DNA of 64,000 nt from Rhodothermales bacterium (GTDB lineage: Bacteria > Bacteroidota > Rhodothermia > Rhodothermales > VXPQ01). A model generated the notes under the pieces. The model made no database searches. It was not told the origin of the DNA and saw nothing but the letters and a program-made list of their open reading frames with translations. Where the stretch lies: positions 106,941 to 170,940 of the forward strand of contig JBBDTI010000075.1 in the NCBI GenBank assembly GCA_040904565.1, read 5' to 3'. The position numbers and the translations under genes are program-made. This document shows positions 1 to 10,790 of the stretch, piece by piece; positions within the stretch are counted from its first letter, which is position 1; every line of letters starts with the position of its first letter.

Positions 1-39
1 ACTTCTCAACCAGCTCCTGCTTCTTTTCCGTCGTGATCA
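1..39 (-). CDS. rpsO: 30S ribosomal protein S15, first 13 codons only (gene runs off the left edge)
   Basis: Minus-strand ATG at 39..37 is preceded by AAAGAGGA. It reads MITTEKKQELVEK, which resembles the usual S15 N-terminus. The position downstream of truB/ribF is the classical rpsO location. It is absent from the ORF track because it is truncated. Confidence 0.55.
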
Positions 40-173
40 TCGAGGATCCTCTTTAGATTATGCCATCGTAAAGAAGAACAATGCTATGGTTGAAGGCGAC
101 TTCGTGAAGGTCTCATGTTCTAAAGCTCCGCGGGTTGCATGCTCGGCCTGCATCTGCCTCCAACCTGGAACTC

Positions 174-1139
174 TCAACCTTCACTGCTTTGGGGCGAACC
201 CTCGCCGAGCAGGTGGATACAACGCGATCGATCCCTGGAAAGTTGCTCGACGAGCTCATCCTTTGATTCGAAACGTCGCTCCTCACGCAGGTGCCGGACG
301 AATTCTATGCGAAGATCTTCGCCGTACACGTCCTCGTCGAAATCGAGAAGATGTACTTCCACGGTATGTTCTCCGCCTCCAAACGTCGGCCGGTATCCTA
401 TATTCATCATGCCGTTGAGTTGCCGGCCCGCCTTTCCTCCGGTCATCCGCTGCACGCGGACGGCATAGACGCCTGTCGCCGGGACGACCTTGCGGGGATG
501 GTTGATCGCGATATTGGCCGTCGGAAATCCGATCTTTCTTCCTCGGCCGTCGCCACGTACTACGGTACCGTGCAGGCTGTACGGACGTCCCAGCATTTCC
601 GCAGCCAGTGTCACATTCCCTTTTTCGCTCAACAACGCGCGAATCTCCGTCGACGACACGACGTGTTCCTCGACGACCTGGGGCGGAATCACGTCCACCG
701 TAAAGCCGTATCGCGTTCCCAGCTCCTTCAGCAGCTCGGCGTTCCCCTGGCGGTCTCGCCCGAACGCATGATCGTAGCCGATCACAATTTCGCGGAGTCC
801 GATGCGCTCGATCAGCACGTCCTCCACAAACGCCACGGCATCGAGCTTCGAGAAAGCTTCGGTGAATGGAAGCGTTACGAATCGGTCGATGCCGATACGC
901 TCGACCGCATCCGCGCGTTCGTCGATCGTCGTAAGCAGTGGCACCGGTGTGTTGTGGACGACCTCACGCGGATGCGGATCGAAGCTCAGAACGACGCTGG
1001 ACCCTCCACGGGCATCGGCACGAGCAGCCAGATACTTGAGAATGGCTTGATGACCGACGTGGACGCCGTCGAATGTACCCACCGTCACGACCGAGGTGGG
1101 GTCGTGATGAATCTGCTCTAGTCCGAACTGGCGTTTCAC
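174..1139 (-). CDS. ribF: Bifunctional riboflavin kinase / FAD synthetase
   Basis: 321-aa ORF. The N-terminal nucleotidyltransferase motif is GTFDGVHVGHQ. The C-terminal riboflavin-kinase region contains GFPTANI and PTFGG...VEVHLLDF. There is a 4-nt overlap with the truB stop. Confidence 0.93.
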   Translation of the reverse strand: MKRQFGLEQIHHDPTSVVTVGTFDGVHVGHQAILKYLAARADARGGSSVVLSFDPHPREVVHNTPVPLLTTIDERADAVERIGIDRFVTLPFTEAFSKLDAVAFVEDVLIERIGLREIVIGYDHAFGRDRQGNAELLKELGTRYGFTVDVIPPQVVEEHVVSSTEIRALLSEKGNVTLAAEMLGRPYSLHGTVVRGDGRGRKIGFPTANIAINHPRKVVPATGVYAVRVQRMTGGKAGRQLNGMMNIGYRPTFGGGEHTVEVHLLDFDEDVYGEDLRIEFVRHLREERRFESKDELVEQLSRDRSRCIHLLGEGSPQSSEG

Positions 1140-1861
1140 GCTACGGCTTCCTCCAGCTGCGCCGGCGTCCAGGCTTCATCCACGGTGAACGCACCGATCG
1201 CGGTCCGTCGAAGTGCGACGAGATGTGCACCGACCCCAAGGGTCTGACCGTATTCATGTGCGAGACTGCGAATATACGTGCCCTTCGAACAGGCGACTCG
1301 GAAGGACACATCCCGTCCGTCTCGATCCAGCAACTCAAACGCATCGATCGTAACGACGCGAATAGGCAGACGCACCTTCTCACCACGACGGGCCTTCTTA
1401 TAGAGCCTCTCTCCGTCCACCTTGATGGCCGAATACGCGGGCGCTTCCTGCTGGATCGTCCCGATGAACTGCTCGCGTGCCCGAAGCAAATCTTCCCGCG
1501 TGATCCCAGAGACGTCACGGCGCTCCGTGACTTCGCCCTCGGCATCGTAGGTCGGCGTGACCTCGCCGAGCCTCATGGTGCCTTCGTACACCTTGGGCAA
1601 TTCCATGAATCGCTCCATAAGCTTCGTCGCGCGTCCTATCAGAATGATAAGGAGGCCCGTAGCCAGAGGATCCAGCGTGCCGGCATGTCCCATTTTTCGC
1701 ACGTTCAGCACGCGGCGCAGGTGGCGAATCACGTCGAACGAGGACCACGTTCTGGGTTTATCGACCGGAATCACGGCGATCTCGAACGATTCCGGCAGCT
1801 TTGATACCGGAAAATACACGTCCCGCAGATCGATGTCCGCCAGCTCGCTTCGCGACATCAT
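1136..1861 (-). CDS. truB: tRNA pseudouridine(55) synthase
   Basis: 241-aa ORF with the catalytic-Asp motif GHAGTLDPLATGLL. It overlaps the rbfA stop by 4 nt and shows conserved synteny with rbfA. Confidence 0.93.
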   Translation of the reverse strand: MMSRSELADIDLRDVYFPVSKLPESFEIAVIPVDKPRTWSSFDVIRHLRRVLNVRKMGHAGTLDPLATGLLIILIGRATKLMERFMELPKVYEGTMRLGEVTPTYDAEGEVTERRDVSGITREDLLRAREQFIGTIQQEAPAYSAIKVDGERLYKKARRGEKVRLPIRVVTIDAFELLDRDGRDVSFRVACSKGTYIRSLAHEYGQTLGVGAHLVALRRTAIGAFTVDEAWTPAQLEEAVA

Positions 1862-2232
1862 GCGTCGCCCTCTCGTCGTTGCCGATCCGCCCGGATACGA
1901 TCGAACAGCTCATCCATTCGCTTGGCGTCGTGGATCGACTCGTCGAGAAAAAACTTGACTTCCGGGATGCCGCGCAGCTGATGGCGGATGCGGTCGGCCA
2001 GAGCCGATCGGATCTGAGGCGTGAGTTCTTCGAGATGACGAAACGCGTCTTTTCGCTGGGACAGCTCCTGGCCGTATACGCTCACGTCCACATACGCGAT
2101 ACCGAGATCTTTCGTCATGCGCACGTTCGTAATGGTGCACATGGCGGGCAGCTGCTCGGAAAATTCCGTCTGAAGGATGTCTGCTATTTCGCGCTGCAGG
2201 AGTTTGCCAACGCGCTCCGTGCGGATGCTCAT
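1858..2232 (-). CDS. rbfA: Ribosome-binding factor A
   Basis: 124-aa ORF lying between infB and truB with RbfA-like sequence (ITNVRMTKDLGIAYVDVSVYG). Confidence 0.9.
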   Translation of the reverse strand: MSIRTERVGKLLQREIADILQTEFSEQLPAMCTITNVRMTKDLGIAYVDVSVYGQELSQRKDAFRHLEELTPQIRSALADRIRHQLRGIPEVKFFLDESIHDAKRMDELFDRIRADRQRREGDA

Positions 2233-2312
2233 AAGACCTGAGAGGTGAATCGGAAAAAAGCGTCGAACGATAGCGGTCGGACCGTCGATTCGGCCGTTTC
2301 CGCTCGTACGGA

Positions 2313-5303
2313 TTATACTTCGAGCGTACGCTTCTCCTCGACGATCTCGTAGCCCTCGATGTGATCGCCGACCTTGATGTCGTTATAGCCTTGAATCGAA
2401 ATTCCGCATTCGTATCCGTTCTGCACCTCGCGAACGTCGTCCTTAAAGCGCTTGAGCGAATCGATTTCGCCATCATACACGACGACGCCTTCGCGAATCA
2501 CGCGCATCTTATCGTTCCGTCGGATCTTTCCTTCGACGATGTAGCAGCCGGCAACCGTTCCGGCCTTCGGAACCTTAAAGATGTCGCGCACTTCCGCGGT
2601 ACCGATCGTGACCTCCTTCTTCTCCGGGGAAAGGAGTCCTTCCAGAGCATCGTGTACGTCTTCGATCGCGTCGTAGATGACCGAATACGTGCGGATGTCG
2701 ATTTCCTCGCGCTCGGCGAGCTGACGTGCGCCCGGATCCGGGCGGACCTGGAAACCGATGATGACGGCGTCCGACGCGGACGCGAGCATTACGTCGCTTT
2801 CCGTGATCGCGCCCACCCCGCTATGAATGATATTGAGTGCCACCTCTTCGGTGCTCAGCTTCAGGAGCGCATCGGAGAGAGCCTCGACGGACCCACCCAC
2901 GTCCGCCTTGATAATGAGATTGAGCTCCTGGAAGTCGCCGAGCGCGAGGCGACGCCCGATCTCGTCCAACGTGATATGCTTCTTCTGCCGCAGCGACTGT
3001 TCGCGATGGATCTGCTGGCGGCGCTGCGCGATATCCTTGACCTCCTTCTCCTCGTCGAGCACGACGAACTGGTCGCCTGCTTCAGGCGACCCGCTGAACC
3101 CGAGAACGAGCGACGGCTGTGATGGCCCGGCCTCCTCAAGCCGGTTTTCCCGCTCGTCGAACATGGCGCGAACGCGACCGCTGTGGATGCCGGCGACGAA
3201 GTCGTCTCCCACGCGGAGCGTGCCGTTGCGGACGAGCACCGTGGCCACGTTCCCGCGACCCTTCTCAAGTCGAGATTCGATGACGATTCCGTCCGCATTT
3301 CGATTCGGATTCGCTTTGAGCTCCATGAGCTCGGACTCGAGCAGGATCTTGTCCAGCAGGTCGTCAATTCCTTCACCCGTCATGGCGGAGACCATCGCGC
3401 ACTGCACCTTCCCGCCGTATTGCTCTACGAGCACGTTATGCTCGGAAAGCTGCTGCATCACCTTCTGCGTGTTAATCTCCGGCTTGTCGATCTTGTTGAT
3501 CGCCACGACGATCGGCACTTCGGCCGCCTTGGCGTGATTGATCGCCTCGATGGTCTGTGGCATGACCGAATCATCGGCGGCCACGACAAGAACCACAACG
3601 TCCGTCACCTTCGCACCGCGGGCACGCATGGCCGTAAAGGCTTCGTGGCCCGGCGTATCGAGGAAGGTAATGTCCCGGTTGTCAGGCAGCTCGACCTTGT
3701 GCGCGCCGATATGCTGCGTGATGCCGCCGGCCTCGCCGGCCACCACGTTGGCGCTACGGATGTAGTCGAGCAGCGACGTCTTCCCGTGATCGACGTGCCC
3801 CATGACGGTCACGATCGGCGCCCGAGGCTTCAGATCTTCCGGGTCGTCCTCCTCGATAACGATGTCATCCGTCCCAAACTCGGTGATGAACTCGACATCG
3901 TAATCATACTCGTCGGCCACGTAGGAAATGGTATCCGCGTCGAGCCGCTGGTTGATCGACACGATCATGCCGGATTCGAATAGGGTCTGGATGACCTCAT
4001 TCACCGCCACGTCCATCAAATTGGCCAGCTCGCCCGTAGAGACGAACTCCGTCACGCGCAAGACGCTCTCCTGCTCACGCGCCTCTTCCTGGTCCTGCTC
4101 ACGCTGTTCGGCATGACGTTCCCGGCGGCGGCGACGGCGGCGCTGGCGGGCGCGGCTCGCGCCCATCTCGAGCTCCCGCAACGTCTTTTGCAGGGTCTCT
4201 TCGACGTCCTCCTCATCGACGCCTTTGCCCCTTTTACGCTTCTTCTTCTTTTTCGACCGGCTCGCGGAATCGTCTGAGATCTGTACGGTCCCTTCGTCCG
4301 TCGATGCCGCCTTCCGTTTCCGCTTCCGTTTGCGCTTGCGGCGTTTCGGCTTGTCGTCTTCGACCTCGGAGAGGTCCATCGTTCCGAGGACCTTCGTGCC
4401 GGCGAGCTGATACCGCTTGGCCGACAGCGTCTCACCTGACTCTTCTTCTTCTTCGTCGTCGACCGTTCCAACGATCTCGATCTCGGGTTCGTCGGAGGCA
4501 TCGGCCGTCTCTTCAGCTTCGGCAGCTACCTCGGGTTCGGCTTCGGCAGCTACTTCGGGTTCGGCTTCGGCAGCTACCTCGGGTTCGGCTTCGACCTCTT
4601 TCTCGGCATCCGCCGCCTCGACGTCTTCATCCACTTCGTCCGATGCAACGGCTTCGACCTCGTCCGCCTCAACAGCCTCGACGTCCTCGACCGCTTCAGC
4701 GTCGACGTCCTCTTCGGCGACCGGTTCTTCTGTTGCCGCCTCTTCCGCGACGGCTTCCTCGACGGCTTCCTCTGCTACCGCGTCCTCGACGGGTACCTCC
4801 TCTTCGGCATCCTCGTCGGCGGCGTCGACGGACTCATCGGCGACGACCTCGACGTCTTCCGTCTCGTCGCCTACCTCTTTCTCCGTCTTGGCAGTGACTT
4901 TCTCTGTAGCCTTCGCAGTGACTTTCTCTGTAGCCTCCGCAGTGACTTTCTCTGCGACTTTCTCTGCGGCCTTCTCTTCCTCCTTCGGAGGCTCTTCTTC
5001 GACGGAGGGCGCTACGGCTTCCGCTGCTTCCTGAGGTACTTCGTTCTCAGCCGCCTCCGCACGGGCTTCGGCGGCTCGTTTGGCGCGCTTTTCTTTGACG
5101 CGCGCAGCAACCTCCTTATCGGCCGCAAACGCCTCCAACAGCTCGTCGTAGGCATCTTCGATAACGACGGATGCGTTCAGGCCGCTGCCTGAAAGCGCAT
5201 CTTCATAGCCTTCTTCCTCGAGGTGCTCTACCAACGTGTCCACGGTCACGTTGAGCTCCCGGGAGATTTTGAAAAGCCGAACCTTTTTGAATGTCTTCCC
5301 CAT
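2313..5303 (-). CDS. infB: Translation initiation factor IF-2
   Basis: 996-aa ORF with GTPase motifs [20 protein letters not shown] and NKID. The N-terminus is long, low-complexity, acidic then poly-Lys/Arg. Confidence 0.97.
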   Translation of the reverse strand: MGKTFKKVRLFKISRELNVTVDTLVEHLEEEGYEDALSGSGLNASVVIEDAYDELLEAFAADKEVAARVKEKRAKRAAEARAEAAENEVPQEAAEAVAPSVEEEPPKEEEKAAEKVAEKVTAEATEKVTAKATEKVTAKTEKEVGDETEDVEVVADESVDAADEDAEEEVPVEDAVAEEAVEEAVAEEAATEEPVAEEDVDAEAVEDVEAVEADEVEAVASDEVDEDVEAADAEKEVEAEPEVAAEAEPEVAAEAEPEVAAEAEETADASDEPEIEIVGTVDDEEEEESGETLSAKRYQLAGTKVLGTMDLSEVEDDKPKRRKRKRKRKRKAASTDEGTVQISDDSASRSKKKKKRKRGKGVDEEDVEETLQKTLRELEMGASRARQRRRRRRRERHAEQREQDQEEAREQESVLRVTEFVSTGELANLMDVAVNEVIQTLFESGMIVSINQRLDADTISYVADEYDYDVEFITEFGTDDIVIEEDDPEDLKPRAPIVTVMGHVDHGKTSLLDYIRSANVVAGEAGGITQHIGAHKVELPDNRDITFLDTPGHEAFTAMRARGAKVTDVVVLVVAADDSVMPQTIEAINHAKAAEVPIVVAINKIDKPEINTQKVMQQLSEHNVLVEQYGGKVQCAMVSAMTGEGIDDLLDKILLESELMELKANPNRNADGIVIESRLEKGRGNVATVLVRNGTLRVGDDFVAGIHSGRVRAMFDERENRLEEAGPSQPSLVLGFSGSPEAGDQFVVLDEEKEVKDIAQRRQQIHREQSLRQKKHITLDEIGRRLALGDFQELNLIIKADVGGSVEALSDALLKLSTEEVALNIIHSGVGAITESDVMLASASDAVIIGFQVRPDPGARQLAEREEIDIRTYSVIYDAIEDVHDALEGLLSPEKKEVTIGTAEVRDIFKVPKAGTVAGCYIVEGKIRRNDKMRVIREGVVVYDGEIDSLKRFKDDVREVQNGYECGISIQGYNDIKVGDHIEGYEIVEEKRTLEV
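4517..4588. repeat. 3 x 24-nt in-frame tandem repeat inside infB (encodes AEPEVAAE x3)
   Basis: Unit cttcggcagctacctcgggttcgg occurs at 4517, 4541 (1 mismatch) and 4565 on the plus strand. Confidence 0.9.
4891..4970. repeat. About 3 x 24-nt in-frame tandem repeat inside infB (encodes A-T-E-K-V-T-A-K units)
   Basis: Unit gcagtgactttctctgtagcct(t/c)c occurs at 4891 and 4915, with a degenerate third copy from 4939. Confidence 0.85.
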
Positions 5304-5411
5304 GTACCAAAGATATAAAACGACAATACATCACCTCTGCGTGAGCAGAGGAAGGCGGAGTGAGCCGCCTTTGCACAACCTGATCCTGAATCTTATATGC
5401 GTTACGGGCTA

Positions 5412-6680
5412 TTATCCTTCCAATTCTTCCTCTTCTTCATCTTCGAATTCCAGGCGGATGGTTTCCAACACGTGTTGAGCGGTCTCGTGTTCCAGTCCGG
5501 ATCGACGCACTAACTCGTCGATCGACAACTCCAAGACCTGTTTCGCCGTGTCACAGCCGATGTTGTGCAGACTCTCAAGCGTTTCCGGTGTAAAGGCGTC
5601 CGAAAATTCATCAATTTCAATATCTTCTTCGTCGGCTGCAATCTCTCGATACACGTCGATCTCGTAGCCGCACAGGCGAGATGCCAAACGAATATTGATG
5701 CCGCCTCGCCCGATCGCCTGACTGACCTCGTCCGCCTTCACGACCACTTTGGCGCGCGGCGGGTCCAGCTCTTCGTTGATCGTCACGTTGAGCGGATTCG
5801 CCGGCGACAGGGCCCGTGCGATAAGCCGGTGCGGGTCCTCCGCGTATTCCAGCACGTCGATATTCTCGTTGCCCAGTTCCCTGACGACGGCGTGGATGCG
5901 CACGCCCTTCACGCCGACGCAGGCACCGACGGGATCGATGCGCTCGTCGTGGCTCTGGACGGCAACCTTTGCCCGTTCACCGGGCTCGCGCACGATGCGT
6001 TTGATTTCTACGATGCCGTCGTAGATCTCGGGCACTTCCAGCTCGAAGAGGCGCTCCATAAAAACGGAATCGGAACGACTGATGATTACCTGCGGGTTGC
6101 TGCCCGCGTCGCGGCGAACGTCCTTGACGACGGCGCGCAGCATATCTCCCTTGCGGTAGCGATCCTTATAGATCTGCTCGCTCCGCGGAAGCACCAGCTC
6201 CACCTTATTATGGATAACGAGCACTTCCCGACGGCGGGTCTGATAGATCTCGCCGACGACGACTTCCCCGATTAGCTCGGAGTATTCCTCGTAGATATTC
6301 TCCTTCTCGATATCCCGGATTCGCTGGCTGAAGGTTTGCCGTGCCGTCATGACGGCACGGCGACCGAAATCCGTGATGTTTACCTCGCTGGCGACCTCAT
6401 CGCCGATTTCGAAATCTTCATCGACCAGCTTGGCGTCCTTCAGCTCGATCTGTGTCACCGGATCCTCCAGATCGAAGTTCGGAACGACTTCCTGGACGTG
6501 AATGATCTGGATGTCTCCGTGATCGGGATTAAAGATAATTTCGAAGGAGTCGTCCGCTCCATACCGCTTCCGGATCATGGCACGAAATACGTCCTCCACG
6601 ATCAACGTCAGCGAATCGCGGTCTATGCCCTTTTCGCGAGCAATCTCCGCGAATGACGATACAAGTGTCGAACTCTGCAT
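5412..6680 (-). CDS. nusA: Transcription termination/antitermination factor NusA
   Basis: ORF 5412..6713. The N-terminal domain, S1 and two KH domains are recognisable (GACVGVKGVRI, IGRGGINIRLAS). An ATG at 6680 (MQSSTLVSSFAEIAREKGI) is preferred over the upstream GTG at 6713, so the start is uncertain. Confidence 0.92.
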   Translation of the reverse strand: MQSSTLVSSFAEIAREKGIDRDSLTLIVEDVFRAMIRKRYGADDSFEIIFNPDHGDIQIIHVQEVVPNFDLEDPVTQIELKDAKLVDEDFEIGDEVASEVNITDFGRRAVMTARQTFSQRIRDIEKENIYEEYSELIGEVVVGEIYQTRRREVLVIHNKVELVLPRSEQIYKDRYRKGDMLRAVVKDVRRDAGSNPQVIISRSDSVFMERLFELEVPEIYDGIVEIKRIVREPGERAKVAVQSHDERIDPVGACVGVKGVRIHAVVRELGNENIDVLEYAEDPHRLIARALSPANPLNVTINEELDPPRAKVVVKADEVSQAIGRGGINIRLASRLCGYEIDVYREIAADEEDIEIDEFSDAFTPETLESLHNIGCDTAKQVLELSIDELVRRSGLEHETAQHVLETIRLEFEDEEEEELEG

Positions 6681-6737
6681 ATCCCCGTAATTTATCCTAA
6701 TACATCCCGCCACGGCGGGTACATGCTCTTCAGTCGG

Positions 6738-7235
6738 TCACCAGGGCAACTGGACCTTCGCCCAGATAATATTATCGAACGGTATGCGGCGCACGTCGGA
6801 CTCGGACGCGGCCACTTCAACGGCGTGATCGTCGGCTGCCAGCACCTCGCCGTCCACCTCCGTATTTCCCGAACCGTCATCTTTGGCGTAGTGAATGCGC
6901 AGCACGCGGCCGACGTTTTTTCTGTACTGCCGCGGAACGGCCAGCGGGCGATCGAGCCCCGGAGACGAAACATTCAGGTTATACGATCCCTGGATAATCT
7001 CCTCCGTGTCGAGCAAGAAGCCGAGCTCGCGATTGATCCGCGCGAGTTCGTCGACGTCCAGCTCCGCGTCGCTGTCGACGTAGATATCCACGACGCGCGA
7101 TCCGTGCGTCCCGCGGACATCGACTTCGACGACGAATACGGGAGATCCGCCAATGACCTCCTCCAGGAGTGCCGTCACACGGGCCGCCGTTCCGTCCTTT
7201 TGCTCCGCCACCGTTCGTTCCATCCGTCTGCCCAC
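6738..7235 (-). CDS. rimP: Ribosome maturation factor RimP
   Basis: 165-aa ORF directly upstream of nusA, the conserved rimP-nusA-infB order, with RimP-like sequence (VVEVDVRG....VVDIYVDSD). The start is either Met1 or Met5. Confidence 0.85.
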   Translation of the reverse strand: MGRRMERTVAEQKDGTAARVTALLEEVIGGSPVFVVEVDVRGTHGSRVVDIYVDSDAELDVDELARINRELGFLLDTEEIIQGSYNLNVSSPGLDRPLAVPRQYRKNVGRVLRIHYAKDDGSGNTEVDGEVLAADDHAVEVAASESDVRRIPFDNIIWAKVQLPW

Positions 7236-7524
7236 GTTACAAAAAAGGCCCGGTCCCGATTGCTCGGGGCGGGCGCCAACGCTATTACGCCACTACGCCA
7301 ACGAAAAAAAGGCGGCTCCAAAATGGGCCCCCCTTCCGTGCTGACACGGGACACGCTCCGCCCCACGCCGAACACTACTCCGCGGCTGTGATAAACGCGA
7401 CGGGGTGCGGGCTGTTCCAGCTACCGCACCCCGGCTACCGGGTTTGCGGTACGCCGGCGGCGGACATGGTTCGGCGGCGGTGCCTTCGGACCGCGACGGG
7501 TGAGATTAATCTAGAGGTGGAGAC

Positions 7525-9108
7525 CTATACGAAGGTGGGACGTTTTTCGTGTTCTACGGGCTCGGGATAGTCGAGCATGTAGTGCAGCCCACGGCTTTCG
7601 CGACGCATCTGCGCGCTGCGAATGATGAGATAGGCTACGGAGATCATGTTGCGCAGCTCGCACAGCTCCACGGAGAGCGGTGTACGGCGGTAGAAGTCTT
7701 CCGTTTCTTCATGCAGCAATCTCGTGCGGCGAAAAGCCCTGTCCAGTCGCAGGCTCGACCGGACGATGCCGACGTAGTCCCACATCACGCGGCGGAGTTC
7801 ATCCCGATTGTGGGAGACGAGGACCCACTCGCTCGGTCGTTCCGTTCCGCTCAGATCCCAATCCGGCACGTCGTCCCTGATCGCTGCGCCCCTCGCATAC
7901 TCGATCGATACGTCGACGGCCCGATGGCTGAAGACGAGCGCTTCGAGCAGTGAGTTGCTGGCGAGGCGGTTTGCCCCGTGCAGACCCGTGCACGTTACCT
8001 CGCCGCAGGCGAACAGCCCCAGGATGGAGGTTCGACCGTAATGGTCCGTGCGAGCCCCGCCGCATTGATAGTGGGCCGCGGGTACGACCGGTATGGGCTC
8101 CTGCGTGATGTCGATGCCGTAGGCAAGGCACGTCTCGTAAATATGGGGGAAGTGCTGCTTGACGACATCGGACGGGCGGTGGGAGATATCGAGCAGCACG
8201 AAATTTTCGCCGCGCTGCTTGAGCTGATCGTCGATGGCGCGGGCGACGATGTCGCGCGGAGCCAGCTCCTCGCGCCGATCGTATGACGGCATGAATCGGT
8301 CCCCGCCCTGAGTGTAGAGCCGTCCTCCTTCCCCTCGAACGGCCTCGGAAATCAGAAACGAATCGGCGTCCGGATGATAGAGCGAAGTGGGGTGAAACTG
8401 GACGAATTCCATATTCGAGATCCGTCCTTTCGCGCGATAGACCATCGCCACACCGTCCCCCGTGGCCACGGCGGGATTCGTCGTGTGGAGATAGACCTGA
8501 CCGGACCCGCCGCTGGCAAGAAGCGTGACGTTAGCCAGGAAGGTGATGGCACGATCGTGCTTCGAATCGTAGACATACGCCCCGTAGCAATGAATGTCCG
8601 GGCGCAGCTTCGTGACATGCTGGCCCAGATGATGTTCGGTGATGAGATCGACGGCAAAATGGTAGTCGTAGATCTCAATGTTGGGATGCGAGCGGACGGC
8701 CGACAGCAGGGCTCGTTCGACTTCACGTCCGGTCGTATCGGCGGCATGGACGATGCGGTCGACGGAGTGCCCGCCTTCGCGGCCCAGGTGAAGCTGGCCG
8801 TTCTTCCGCGTAAAATCCGCCCCGAGCTCCATGAGCTCCCGAATGCGTTCGGGCCCTTCCTTGACCACGAATCGGACGACCTCCGGATCGCAAAGGCCGG
8901 CTCCGGCATCCAGCGTATCCTCGATATGCCGCTCGTAGGAATCGTCCGGGCCCATCACGGCAGCAATTCCGCCCTGGGCGTAGTTCGTATTCGACTCGAC
9001 GGTCTCCTTCTTAGTAATAACGGCGACGGTGCCGTGGTCGGCGACCGCCAGGGCATAAGAGAGCCCTGCCACCCCGCTGCCTATAACAAGAAAGTCGACC
9101 TTTATCAT
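7525..9108 (-). CDS. nadB: L-aspartate oxidase
   Basis: 527-aa ORF with the N-terminal FAD fold [13 protein letters not shown]. It is a succinate dehydrogenase/fumarate reductase flavoprotein-like protein of NadB length, with AAHYQCGG and [21 protein letters not shown]. Confidence 0.92.
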   Translation of the reverse strand: MIKVDFLVIGSGVAGLSYALAVADHGTVAVITKKETVESNTNYAQGGIAAVMGPDDSYERHIEDTLDAGAGLCDPEVVRFVVKEGPERIRELMELGADFTRKNGQLHLGREGGHSVDRIVHAADTTGREVERALLSAVRSHPNIEIYDYHFAVDLITEHHLGQHVTKLRPDIHCYGAYVYDSKHDRAITFLANVTLLASGGSGQVYLHTTNPAVATGDGVAMVYRAKGRISNMEFVQFHPTSLYHPDADSFLISEAVRGEGGRLYTQGGDRFMPSYDRREELAPRDIVARAIDDQLKQRGENFVLLDISHRPSDVVKQHFPHIYETCLAYGIDITQEPIPVVPAAHYQCGGARTDHYGRTSILGLFACGEVTCTGLHGANRLASNSLLEALVFSHRAVDVSIEYARGAAIRDDVPDWDLSGTERPSEWVLVSHNRDELRRVMWDYVGIVRSSLRLDRAFRRTRLLHEETEDFYRRTPLSVELCELRNMISVAYLIIRSAQMRRESRGLHYMLDYPEPVEHEKRPTFV

Positions 9109-9262
9109 GCGCTACGTCCGGGCGTCCCGGACCCCGATCAGTGATGGACACGCTCTTCGGTACGTTGAAGGTGCCGGTGGGTAGACAGGATCGCGTCGTG
9201 GGGAGTAGTAATGCAGCCGCGTTCGACGCCGGCCCGGTTCATCTCCCGCCTCGCAAGATACA

Positions 9263-10379
9263 TTAGACATTGGCCTGCTGCATCAAATACGCCTTAATGA
9301 ACGGTTCTAGACTTCCATCGACAACGGCCTCTACGTCCGTTACCTTCGTCTCCGTACGGTGGTCGTTCACCATCGTATAGGGCTGAAACACGTACGAGCG
9401 GATCTGGCTGCCCCATTCGATTTTCTTCTTCGTGCCTTCGAGCCGATCCTTTTCTGCGTCCTGAATGTCCTTTTCGAGCTGATAGATGCGACTCTTAAGC
9501 ATCGTCATGGCTCGCTCGCGGTTCTTAAGCTGACTGCGCTCTTCCGTGCACTCGGCCACCGCGCGTCCGTCCTCTCCGTTCGAGAGCGTACCCTCCCAGA
9601 TGAGCCGGACCCCGGTTTCGACTTTATTTACGTTTTGTCCGCCCTTCCCGCCGGAGCGAAACGTCTGCAGCTCGATTTCATCCGGGCTGACGTCCACCTC
9701 AATCGTGTCGTCGATTTCCGGATAGACGAAGACGCTGGCGAATGAGGTATGGCGCCGCCCGCTCGAATCAAAGGGTGAGATGCGCACGAGTCGATGAACG
9801 CCTGACTCCGATTTCAAGTATCCGAAGGCATGCGACCCGATGACCCGCAGGCTCGCGCTCTTGATCCCAGCCACGTCGCCGACCTGGTGCTCGACGAGCT
9901 CGACGCCGTAATCGTTCGATTCGGCCCAGCGCGTGTACATGCGAAGCAGCATTTCCGCCCAATCCTGGCTCTCAGTACCTCCTGCGCCTGGATGAATCGT
10001 GACGATTGCGTTGCGCGGGTCGTCCGGACCACCCAGCATGTTTCTGAATTCGAGCTTCTCGAGATTTCGCTCCACGCGCGCGATTTCCGCCTGGATCTCG
10101 TCGGACAGGTCGGCATCCTCTTCTTCCGCAAGCAGCAGTAACGTTTCAACGTCCTCGGCCTGCCGGGAAAGCGTTTCCCAGGCCTCGAGCCAGTCCTGCT
10201 CGGCAGAGATTTGCATCTCCACCTTCCTCGCTTCGTCCGGGTTGTCCCAGAAGGTAGGATCCAGGCGTTTTCTATTCAGATCCTCTACGACGTCTCTTCG
10301 GTGATCGACGTCAAAGATAGCCTCCGAGCGTGTGAACACGCTCCAGGAGTGCTTGAATGTCATCCGGCGTATAGGACAT
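9263..10379 (-). CDS. prfB: Peptide chain release factor 2, made through a programmed +1 ribosomal frameshift
   Basis: The main ORF (9263..10363) has the SPF and GGQ motifs (RISPFDSSGRRHTSF, SGGKGGQNVNKVETG). The true start is the ATG at 10379..10377. Frame 0 reads MSYTPDDIQALLERVHTLGGYL and stops at the TGA at 10313..10311. A +1 shift continues as DVDHRRD in the main ORF. Confidence 0.93.
10310..10325 (-). promoter_or_regulatory. prfB +1 frameshift cassette: internal SD-like GGAGG followed by CTT TGA C
   Basis: The minus strand reads GGAGGCTATCTTTGAC. The SD-like element is at 10325..10321, the slippery CTT at 10316..10314, the in-frame TGA at 10313..10311 and the following C at 10310. This is the same architecture as E. 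coli prfB (AGGGGGUAUCUUUGAC). Confidence 0.88.
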
Positions 10380-10430
10380 ATGCAGTAGATTCCGTTCGAG
10401 GTTGGAAAATACGGTGCCTCAGTTCATTCG

Positions 10431-10790
10431 TTACCGGCCAAGAGGTCGGTCTACCAAGTGCCGCAGCCGGCGCCCCGCGGCGCCGGTCACGATGCCGATA
10501 GCAACGCCCAGCACCACTGTCAGGGCTACGACGGCATAAGAAGGCATGTTTCCAAGAAAGGCCCCCATCGTTTCGGTCATGACCCCGACGGCCCGCGGAT
10601 CTCGGGCGAAACTGAACGCCACAAACAGCGCATAGTCGAGTCCGACCACCACCCCGCCGTAGATCCACGCCCGCTGCGGCATCCAGTATCCCGCAGCGAG
10701 TCCGGCTGCCGCCGTCCACTCCCATCCAAGCGTACTGTGGAGACCTGCTGCCAGGGCCGTGAGGGCGAGGAGACGGTGCGCGTCGTTCAC
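10431..10790 (-). CDS. Small hydrophobic membrane protein (about 3-4 TM segments), function unknown
   Basis: 119-aa ORF rich in A/G/L/V with several hydrophobic spans. Its GTG start overlaps the aminotransferase stop (GTGA), which suggests translational coupling. No motif was recognised. Confidence 0.5.
   Translation of the reverse strand: MNDAHRLLALTALAAGLHSTLGWEWTAAAGLAAGYWMPQRAWIYGGVVVGLDYALFVAFSFARDPRAVGVMTETMGAFLGNMPSYAVVALTVVLGVAIGIVTGAAGRRLRHLVDRPLGR

Noticed and set aside
4417-5034. Tandem repeats in infB (and similar periodic sequence in rpsA) considered as CRISPR-like or minisatellite elements
   Set aside because: The repeats are contiguous, lack spacers, are in frame and encode acidic low-complexity protein segments. 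They are coding repeats, not CRISPR.
9114-9130. Perfect palindrome GTCCGGG-CGT-CCCGGAC between prfB and nadB as a terminator
   Set aside because: There is no adjacent T-run on either strand and it sits only a few nt upstream of the nadB start. It may be a structural or regulatory dyad, but the evidence is insufficient to call a feature.
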